From: Eledone cirrhosa
Taxonomy: Eukaryota
Assembly: GCA_964016885.1 (NCBI GenBank)
Contig: OZ024764.1
Coordinates: forward strand, 12,710,001 to 12,774,000
Direction of reading: 5' to 3'
DNA: 64,000 nt
Shown here: one piece after another, positions 53,821 through 64,000 of the stretch
Numbering within the stretch: the stretch's first letter is position 1
Layout: each line of letters starts with the position of its first letter
Translations under genes and position numbers: made by a program
The notes under the pieces: model-generated
What the model saw: the letters and a program-made list of their open reading frames with translations, nothing else
The model's database searches: none
What the model was told of the DNA's origin: nothing

Positions 53821-54957
53821 CACAGGCACATATATATACACATATATATATATATTATTTTCATCAAAAATACAAAAATAATTATTATTTTGTTTATCAA
53901 CAAATATTTTTTTCTGATAATTGTCTATTATTATGGTTTTTTCCCTGATTCTGTTTTGTAATTGAATGTAATTATGGGAGTTTTTTAAGCACAAACATAC
54001 ACATACATATACAGATACATATATACATATATATACATACATATATACATATATATACACATATATATGCATACATAATCACATATATATACAGATATAT
54101 ACATATATATATATACATATATATACACATATATATGCATACATAATCACATATATATACAGATATATATATACATATATATACATACATATATACATAT
54201 ATATACACATATATATGCATACATAATCACATATATATACAGATATATACATATATATATATATACATACATATACCCATATATACATATATATAATATA
54301 TACATACATAATCACATACATATACACATATATACATACATATACACACACATATACATTTATATACATACATATATACACATATATACATATATACACA
54401 CACAATCATACACTCACAGAAACACATACACTTACACACAGAAACACATGCATACACAATCACACACACATACTCACAAACACACAAACATATACACACA
54501 TAAATATATATAAACAAACATACACAGAAACACACAAACATACATTCACACAAACATACACACACACCTATACAGATACATAAAACCACACACACACACA
54601 TATGCACTTACACAAAGAAACACTTACATACACAAACACACACACATACCTAGGCACATATACACACACAAACACATATATATATATATACACACACACC
54701 TAATCACACATATACAAACACAAACACACCTAAACACATACATACACACAGCTAGACACATACATACACACACCTAGACACATATACATACACACACCTA
54801 GACACACATACACACACTCACCTAGACACACACACACACACACAGACACATACACCTCTACTTATCTTCTTCACTTTCTGTCTTCTGTCTACTTCATAAT
54901 CTTGTCTTCTTCTTCATTTCTTCTTCCTCTTCTCTATATAACTTCTATCTTCTTGTA

Positions 54958-56030
54958 TACTATGTAGTGTAGTGTGTAGTGTACTATGTAGTGTAGTGTG
55001 TAGTGTACTATGTAGTGTAGTGTGTAGTGTTGTATGTAGTGTAGTGTAGTGTGTAGTGTACTGTGTAGTATATTATGTAGTGTAGTGTGTAGTGTACTAT
55101 GTAGTGTAGTGTGTAGTGTACTATGTAGTGTAGTGTGTAGTGTATTATGTAGTGTAGTGTGTAGTATATTATGTAGTGTAGTGTGTAGTATACTATGTAG
55201 TGTAGTGTGTAGTGTACTATGTAGTGTAGTGTGTAGTGTACTATGTAGTGTAGTGTGTAGTGTACTATGTAGTGTAGTGTGTAGTGTTCTATGTAGTGTA
55301 GTGTGTAGTGTAGTGTGTAGTGTACTATGTAGTGTAGTGTGTAGTGTACTATGTAGTGTAGTGTGCTATGTAGTGTAGTGTGTAGTGTACTATGTAGTGT
55401 AGGGTGTAGTGTAGTGTGTAGTGCAGTGTGTAGTGTACTATGTAGTGTAGTGTGTAGTGTACTATGTAGTGTAGTGTGTAGTGTACTATGTAGTGTAGTG
55501 TACTATGTAGTGTACTATGTAGTGTAGTGTGTAGTGTAGTGTGTAGTGTAGTGTGTAGTGTACTATGTAGTGTAGTGTGTAGTGTAGAGTGTAGTGTACT
55601 ATCTAGTGTAGTGAATAGTGTACTATGTAGTGTAGTGTGTAGTGTACTATGTAGTGTAGTGTGTAGTGTACTATGTAGTGTAGTGTACTATGTAGTGTAC
55701 TATGTAGTGTAGTGTGTAGTGTAGTGTGTAGTGTACTGTGTAGTGTACTATGTAGTGTAGTGTGTAGTGTAGAGTGTAGTGTACTATCTAGTGTAGTGAA
55801 TAGTGTACTATGTAGTGTAGTGTGTAGTGTAGTGTAGTGTACTATACAGTGTGTAGTGTAGTGTACTATGTAGTATACTGTGTAGTGTAGTGTGTAGTGT
55901 AGTGTGTAGTGTACTATGTACTATGTAGTGTGTAGTGTACTATGTAATGCGTAGTGTACTATAGAATGTGTAGTGTACTGTGCAGTGTGTAGTGTACTAT
56001 GTAGTGTGTAGTGTACTGTGTACATAGTAC
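54958..56030. repeat. (GTAGT)-based satellite
   Basis: Units tgtagtgtagtgtgtagtgtacta. Confidence 0.95.
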
Positions 56031-56577
56031 ACTACACAGACAGACAAACAGAGAGACAGACAGAGATAGGGAGGTAGGAGAAGGTAGGTAGGTAGGTAGG
56101 TAGGGAGGGAGGGAGCAGCCCTTGGCATTTACGGCAGGCCAATCAATCAGTCTGATGTGTATATATTATACATACCATAATTTGATGAAGACAAATGGTA
56201 CACACAGACTCCGCTTATGTTTCCTTAAGTAATGACTATTAGAGCAGAGATGGGTTCCATACTATGGATGGGGACGGGGATGTGTGTAGAGTGTGTGGTG
56301 TGTGCGTGTGATGGGTATATATGTGTGTGTGTGTAGTGTGTGTTTGTGTCCGTCTATATCTGTGTATCTGTGAATGTGTTGGAAAACACACCATACTTAT
56401 GCATGAGTATATATATATATATATATGTATACATTTGCATATACACACACACACACATATATATATATACACACACACATATATATATATATATTATATA
56501 TACACACACATATATATATGTAATAATATATGTGAAGACTAAAATCCAAAGAGGGCTCGATAAGGATTATGTATATA

Positions 56578-56615
<38 letters not shown>

Positions 56616-56618
<3 letters not shown>

Positions 56619-56783
56619 CGAAGGAAATGTGGTAAGGAACCAGGTGGACCATAACGCACCAAAGTACTCAATACTTAGGGTAGTAGAGTGGGTAATAGGA
56701 ACAAGTAAGACCCCGACGGCTGAGCTCAAGCCGTTTCGAAGGCTAATTCTGGCTTGAGTTCAGCCGTCGGGGTCTTACTTGTT

Positions 56784-56788
<5 letters not shown>
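56616..56788. mobile_element. Hairpin-plus-tail element, family H
   Basis: Same tail; palindrome taggaacaagtaagacccc.../...ggggtcttacttgttccta. Confidence 0.65.
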
Positions 56789-56838
<50 letters not shown>

Positions 56839-56919
56839 TATATAAATAAATATAAAAACACGATAAATAGAAAAGCATCAATTCTTTTCTTAAACTTTAA
56901 TCTGTTCTTATAATATATA

Positions 56920-56954
<35 letters not shown>

Positions 56955-57185
56955 GCTAGAAAGCATGGCGTCCAACCCTCTATTACTTAGAGTAATAACT
57001 GTTTCTACTTTAGGCACAAGGCCAGCAATTACTCAGTGTATTACTGGTACTTTATTTTATCGACCCCGTAAGGATGAAAGGCAAAGTAAACCTCGGCGGG
57101 ATTTGAACTCACACTGTAAAGGGACGTAACTATGCTGGAAAGCATGGCGTCCGACTCTCTACTGATACTGCCAATCCACCGCCCG
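56955..57185 (-). mobile_element. SINE family B
   Basis: Family B match. Confidence 0.8.
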
Positions 57186-57292
57186 AGAGTAATAACATAC
57201 GTTAGATAGCTTGACAAAATGAAAACTGCGACAGGTTAGCCTAGCCACATGATACTAAAGCAACGAAAAACCCAATCAGGTTATATATATAT

Positions 57293-57436
57293 ATAGGAAA
57301 AGAGTCAGGACCCCGATGGCTGAGCTCCTTCCACTTCGACAGCTAGATCCGAACTGTCGAAACGACCGGAGCTCAGCCGTCGGGGTCCCAAACCTTTCCT
57401 ATTACCCACTCTACTACCCTAAGTATCGAGTACTCA
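57293..57436. mobile_element. Family H copy in inverse orientation
   Basis: Imperfect hairpin followed by ttacccactctactaccctaagtatcgagtactc. Confidence 0.55.
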
Positions 57437-60400
57437 GGTGCACTACAACTCATCAAAGGTGCATGTATAGTACATAGAATAATGTACAAATGTCAGGAAA
57501 GTGAACAGTGTATGAGTCATGATATAATGAAAATTATTGTGTACAGTGCTCAGGTGCACTACAACTCATCAAAGGTGCATGTATAGTACATAGAATAATG
57601 TACAAATGTCAGGAAAGGGAACAGTGTATGAGTCATGATATAATGAAAATTATTGTGTACAGTGCTCAGGTGCACTACAACTCATCAAAGGTGCATGTAT
57701 AGTACATAGAATAATGTAGAAATGTCAGGAAAGTGAACAGTGTATGAGTCATGATATAATGAAAATTATTGTGTACAGTGCTCAGGTGCACTACAACTCA
57801 TCAAAGGTGCATGTATAGTACATAGAATAATGTACAAATGTCAGGAAAGGGAACAGTGTATGAGTCATGATATAATGAAAATTATTGTGTACAGTGCTCA
57901 GGTGCACTACAACTCATCAAAGGTGCATGTATAGTACATAGAATAATGTAGAAATGTCAGGAAAGTGAACAGTGTATGAGTCATGATATAATGAAAATTA
58001 TTGTGTACAGTGCTCAGGTGCACTACAACTCATCAAAGGTGCATGTATAGTACATAGAATAATGTACAAATGTCAGGAAAGGGAACAGTGTATGAGTCAT
58101 GATATAATGAAAATTATTGTGTACAGTGCTCAGGTGCACTACAACTCATCAAAGGTGCATGTATAGTACATAGAATAATGTACAAATGTCAGGAAAGGGA
58201 ACAGTGTATGAGTCATGATATAATGAAAATTATTGTGTACAGTGCTCAGATGCACTACAACTCATCAAAGGTGCATGTATAGTACATAGAATAATGTACA
58301 AATGTCAGGAAAGGGAACAGTGTATGAGTCATGATATAATGAAAATTATTGTGTACAGTGCTCAGGTGCACTACAACTCATCAAAGGTGCATGTATAGTA
58401 CATAGAATAATGTACAAATGTCAGGAAAGTGAACAGTGTATGAGTCATGATATAATGAAAATTATTGTGTACAGTGCTCAGGTGCACTACAACTCATCAA
58501 AGGTGCATGTATAGTACATAGAATAATGTACAAATGTCAGGAAAGGGAACAGTGTATGAGTCATGATATAATGAAAATTATTGTGTACAGTGCTCAGGTG
58601 CACTACAACTCATCAAAGGTGCATGTATAGTACATAAAATAATGTACAAATGTCAGGAAAGGGAACAGTGTATGAGTCATGATATAATGAAAATTATTGT
58701 GTACAGTGCTCAGGTGCACTACAACTCATCAAAGGTGCATGTATAGTACATAGAATAATGTACAAATGTCAGGAAAGGGAACAGTGTATGAGTCATGATA
58801 TAATGAAAATTATTGTGTACAGTGCTCAGGTGCACTACAACTCATCAAAGGTGCATGTATAGTACATAGAATAATGTACAAATGTCAGGAAAGGGAACAG
58901 TGTATGAGTCATGATATAATGAAATTATTGTGTACAGTGCTCAGGTGCACTACAACTCATCAAAGGTGCATGTATAGTACATAGAATAATGTACAAATGT
59001 CAGGAAAGGGAACAGTGTATGAGTCATGATATAATGAAAATTATTGTGTACAGTGCTCAGGTGCACTACAACTCATCAAAGGTGCATGTATAGTACATAG
59101 AATAATGTACAAATGTCAGGAAAGGGAACAGTGTATGAGTCATGATATAATGAAAATTATTGTGTACAGTGCTCAGGTGCACTACAACTCATCAAAGGTG
59201 CATGTATAGTACATAGAATAATGTACAAATGTCAGGAAAGGGAACAGTGTATGAGTCATGATATAATGAAAATTATTATGTACAGTGCTCAGGTGCACTA
59301 CAACTCATCAAAGGTGCATGTATAGTACATAGAATAATGTACAAATGTCAGGAAAGTGAACAGTGTATGAGTCATGATATAATGAAAATTATTGTGTACA
59401 GTGCTCAGGTGCACTACAACTCATCAAAGGTGCATGTATAGTACATAGAATAATGTACAAATGTCAGGAAAGGGAACAGTGTATGAGTCATGATATAATG
59501 AAAATTATTGTGTACAGTGCTCAGGTGCACTACAACTCATCAAAGGTGCATGTATAGTACATAGAATAATTATTTCTACTATTGGCACAAGGCCAGCAAT
59601 TACCCCAGTGCATTACTTTATTTTATCGACCCCGTAATGATGAAAAGCAAAGTTAGCCTCAACGGGATTTGAACTCAGACCGTAAAGGGCCGTAACTCTA
59701 TGCTGGAAAGCATGCCATCCGACCCTATACTGATACTGCCAATTCACAGCCCTTAATAGAATAATGTACGAATGTCAGGGAAGTGAACATTGTATGAGTC
59801 ATGATATACATGTGTGTGTGTGTGTGTATGGAGGGGGGACATCAGGTGTAGTGTTGGCAAATTTCAAGAAGCATGGAGGTTTTAAAGGATGCAGTGTCTC
59901 GACAGCTAACAACTGATGCAGGTAGTTTGTTCCATGGAGGTTTTAAAGGATGCAGTGTCTCGACAGCTAACAACTGATGCAGGTAGTTTGTTCCATGGAG
60001 GTTTTAAAGGATGCAGTGTCTCGACAGCTAACAACTGATGCAGGTAGTTTGTTCCATGGAGGTTTTAAAGGATGCAGTGTCTCGACAGCTAACAACTGAT
60101 GCAGGTAGTTTGTTCCATGGAGGCCTTAAAGGATGCAGTGTCTCGACAGCTAACAACTGATGCAGGTAGTTTGTTCCATGGAGGTTTTAAAGGATGCAGT
60201 GTCTCGACAGCTAACAACTGATGAAGGTAGTTTGTTCCATGGAGGTTTTAAAGGATGCAGTGTCTCGACAGCTAACAACTGATGCAGGTAGTTTGTTCCA
60301 TGGAGGTTGTAAAGGATGCAGTGTCTCGACAGCTAACAACTGATGCAGGTAGTTTGTTCCATGGAGGTTTTAAAGGATGCAGTGTCTCGACAGCTAACAA

Positions 60401-60730
60401 CTGATGCAGGTAGTTTGTTCCATGGAGGCCTTAAAGGATGCAGTGTCTCGACAGCTAACAACTGATGCAGGTAGTTTGTTCCATGGAGGTTTTAAAGGAT
60501 GCAGTGTCTCGACAGCTAACAACTGATGCAGGTAGTTTGTTCCATGGAGGTTTTAAAGGATGCAGTGTCTCGACAGCTAACAACTGATGCAGGTAGTTTG
60601 TTCCATGGAGGTTTTAAAGGATGCAGTGTCTCGACAGCTAACAACTGATGCAGGTAGTTTGTTCCATGCTTCAGCAAATCTGAGCATGAAAAAATGTTTC
60701 CGAAAGTCATGGGAGCTGTGCTGTTTTCTG
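57431..60730 (-). mobile_element. CR1/L2-type LINE 3' end with two internally amplified segments
   Basis: WNKLPASVVSCRDTASFKTSM is an RT C-terminal motif; 61-bp x ~13 array (59872-60667) and 116-bp x ~18 array (57431-59570). Confidence 0.75.
59568..59755 (-). mobile_element. SINE family B inserted in the CR1-like 3' UTR
   Basis: Family B match; atagaataat is repeated on both sides (likely TSD). Confidence 0.8.
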
Positions 60731-60794
60731 ATAATATAACAGTAAATATAGAGTAATGTAAATACTTAAAGGGTTAATATAGAGGCAAGCATAC

Positions 60795-60957
60795 CTGGGC
60801 GTTTCGAAGTAGTGAAGTCCTTCTGGAATCGAACTGAAGTCTGTCCGAATGGACACATCTTCAGGATGCTGGAGGCATGTTTGGTGGTGTCCAGAGATGT
60901 TCGAGGGTCATTGTAAAGGCCGGGGGCAGGGTTTGTGTTGACCATCTCGGAAAAACG
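60795..60957 (-). CDS. STPG2: Internal coding exon B, STPG2-like: RFSEMVNTNPAPGLYNDPRTSLDTTKHASSILKMCPFGQTSVRFQKDFTTSKRP(G)
   Basis: ctaattgcag|CGT...CCA G|gtatgc; 163 nt, phase 0-1; PAPGxY and PFGQTSVRF motifs; within ORF 60766..60963. Confidence 0.88.
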
Positions 60958-61124
60958 CTGCAATTAGAAGCAAAATTATGATGATAATGACGGTGATGAT
61001 GGTGGTGTGGTGTGGTTGATGATGATGATGATAGGGGCAGTGGAGGAGGGGGAAGGGTTGGTGCTTGTTTATTTGGATGGTTTACATCTTAGCAACATAT
61101 CAATCAGTGTGTCTGTCATCAAAT

Positions 61125-61155
<31 letters not shown>

Positions 61156-61508
61156 ATGAATGTAATCATTATATATACATACATATATATAAATACACAT
61201 TATATATACATATACATATATACATACATACATATATATACATACATACATATACATACATTCATACATATATATATACATACATGCATACATACAAATA
61301 TATACATGCATACATACATATACATACATACATACATATATATACATACATACATATACATACATTCATACATATATATACATACATGTACATACATACA
61401 TGCATACATATATACATACATACATACACATACATACATACATATATACATACATACATATACATACATGCATACATATGTAAACACGTGTCTGTGTGTG
61501 TACATATA

Positions 61509-61540
<32 letters not shown>

Positions 61541-61569
61541 CACACACATATACATCTATAATTACGTAT

Positions 61570-61601
<32 letters not shown>

Positions 61602-62256
61602 GGTGGCTGCCAACTCGTTTTCGAGTACGGCCACTACTTTATATCCATGTAGGAGAACCCCTACCAATGCGCTGAACGAGTGTGACTTTTTAGTCCAGCC
61701 AGCGACTTGAAAACTCTGGTACAAACACTACACTTGTGACAATTATTGACACATAGTGCAGGGCCCATGGTACCATGTGACGACAAGTGCAGAGAGATCT
61801 CCAGATATAAAGCAATGCCTGTGCCGTGAAGCTTTTATAGTGAGCAAAGGCACTGCACAAAGCCAGTCCCACTCTCTTAACCAAGATGATATTTACCAAA
61901 AGGAAGAACAAGTCAACATCATTGGATACCATCAGGGTTGCAGGTGTTATATCAGAGTTTTCCTTCTCCTAGAATTCTGCCTTGACAAAGGCTAAGGGGT
62001 CATCTCTCCCGGTGATTTTGGATGGCCATTGACTCTTAAGAGCATATATATATACACATACACATACATACAAGCTAGTAGTAGCAGTAGTAGCAGTAGT
62101 AGCAGCAGTAGCAGTAGTAGCAGCAGCAGTAGTAGTTAAGTTGTTGTTTAGCCCAGGGTCTCTACTAACCCAGCAGGTCAATAATAAAGGTTAAGAGCAG
62201 GAACAGGAGCATGTCCGTCCAAATTCTAGGGTACTAGTGGTCGTTGTGACTCCTAC

Positions 62257-62361
62257 CTTGGCTTGGCTGTAGAAGGGAGGGTGCTCCTTAATTGGGGCTT
62301 CAATCTTGTCTGGGAGTTCAAACTGACCCTTTAGATTGTACTCAGCTGGTCCTGGGGTATC
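62257..62361 (-). CDS. STPG2: Internal coding exon A of a sperm-tail PG-rich repeat (SHIPPO) protein, STPG2-like: DTPGPAEYNLKGQFELPDKIEAPIKEHPPFYSQAK
   Basis: Minus strand tcttttcag|GAT...AAG|gtagga; 105 nt, phase 0-0; PGPxxY and PF..QAK motifs; splices in frame to exon B. Not in the ORF track. Confidence 0.85.
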
Positions 62362-62407
62362 CTGAAAAGACAGACACAGACAGAAATTGAGAAATCGTGA
62401 ATGGTGA

Positions 62408-64000
62408 TGTTGTTGTTGTTGTTGTTGTTGATGGTTGTAGTTGTAGTGGTGGTGGTTATAGTGTTGTTGTTATTGTTACAGTGGTTGTTATTGTTTACCT
62501 TTTGTTGTCATTGTTGTTGTTGTTACTACAACTGTTGTTGTTGTTGTTGTTGTTACTACAACTGTTGTTGTTGTTACTACAACTGTTGTTGTTGTTGTTA
62601 CTACAACTGTTGTTGTTGTTACTACAACTGTTGTTGTTTTTGTTACTACAACTGTTGTTGTTGTTGTTACTACAACTGTTGTTGTTGTTACTACAACTGT
62701 TGTGGTTGTTACTACAACTGTTGTTGTTGTTGTTACTACAACTGTTGTTGTTGTTGTTACTACAACTGTTGTTGTTACTACAACTGTTGTTGTTGTTACT
62801 ACAACTGTTGTTGTTGTTGTTGTTGTTACTACAACTGTTGTTGTTGTTGTTGTTGTTACTACAACTGTTGTAACTGTTGTTGTTGTTACTGTTGTTGTTG
62901 TTGTTGTTGTTACTACAACTGTTGTTGTTGTTGTTACTACAACTGTTGTTGTTGTTGTTACTACAACTGTTGTTGTTGTTGTTGTTGTTACTGTTGTTGT
63001 TGTTACTACAACTGTTGTTGTTGTTGTTACTACAACTGTTGTTGTTGTTGTTGTTACTACAAACTGTTGTTGTTGTTGTTGTTGTTACTACAACTGTTGT
63101 TGTTGTTGTTACTACAACTGTTGTAACTGTTGTTGTTGTTGTTACTGTTGTTGTTGTTGTTGTTGTTGTTACTACAACTGTTGTTGTTACTACAACTGTT
63201 GTTGTTGTTGTTGTTGTTGTTACTACAACTGTTGTAACTGTTGTTGTTGTTGTTGTTGTTGTTGTTACTACAACTGTTGTTGTTGTTGTTGTTACTACAA
63301 CTATTGTAACTGTTGTTGTTGTTGTTACTGTTGTTGTTGTTATTGTTGTTGTTGTTACTACAACTGTTGTTGTTGTTGTTGTTGTTACTACAACTGTTGT
63401 TGTTGTTGTTGTTACTACAACTGTTGTTGTTGTTGTTGTTACTACAACTGTTGTTGTTGTTGTTACTACAACTGTTGTTGTTGTTGTTACTACAACTGTT
63501 GTTGTTGTTGTTGTTGTTACTACAACTGCTGTTGTTGTTGTTACTACAACTGTTGTTGTTGTTGTTGTTGTTACTACAACTGTTGTTACTGTTGTTGTTG
63601 TTGTTGTTGTTGTTACAACTGTTGTTGTTGTTGTTGTTACTACAACTGTTGTTGTTGTTGTTGTTGTTACTACGACTGTTGTTGTTGTTGTTACTACAAC
63701 TGTTGTTACTGTTGTTGTTGTTGTTGTTGTTGTTACAACTGTTGTTGTTGTTGTTGTTGTTACTACAACTGTTGTTACTGTTGTTGTTGTTGTTGTTGTT
63801 GTTACAACTGTTGTTGTTGTTGTTGTTACTACAACTGTTGTTGTTGTTGTTGTTGTTACTACAACTGTTGTTGTTGTTACTACAACTGTTGTTGTTGTTA
63901 CTACAACTGTTGTTGTTACTACAACTGTTGTTGTTACTACAGCTGTTGTTGTTGTTGTTGTTGTTACTACAACTGTTGTTGTTATTGTTGTTGTTGTTAC
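62408..64000. repeat. (GTT)n array punctuated by actacaact
   Basis: Direct reading; runs off the end of the window. Confidence 0.95.

Noticed and set aside
57431-59570. Tandem retrozyme array (UUGAUGA on the minus strand of the 116-bp unit)
   Set aside because: No GAAA or closing stems; the unit is a LINE 3' UTR.
62397-63126. Cys/Tyr-rich or Leu/Gln-rich protein
   Set aside because: (GTT)n satellite in the intron upstream of exon A.

Overview
Eukaryotic, extremely repeat-rich DNA. The (TA)n/(CA)n/(GAT)n microsatellites, tRNA-derived SINEs and RTE/CR1 LINE fragments suggest a coleoid cephalopod such as Octopus (my inference). Nearly all ORFs in the track are low-complexity artefacts. The only host coding sequence I can support is three minus-strand exons (62361-62257, 60957-60795, 42263-42013). 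They have canonical AG/GT sites and compatible phases and encode PGP-x-x-Y (SHIPPO) repeats, most like STPG2. The rest is probably intron. Main hidden signal: three 270-340 bp fold-back palindromes (about 7.1, 21.3 and 50.5 kb), each carrying a type I hammerhead ribozyme on both strands, plus solo and decayed hammerheads. Five sequence-divergent versions share a C-C/C-U mismatch at base pair 4 of stem II, pointing to a non-autonomous Penelope-like or retrozyme-type family. Also notable: an exon clamped by a mirrored SINE dimer, a twin-primed RTE, a ~580 bp inverted duplication and several minisatellites derived from transposon pieces. All calls were made by eye; no searches or folding were run.
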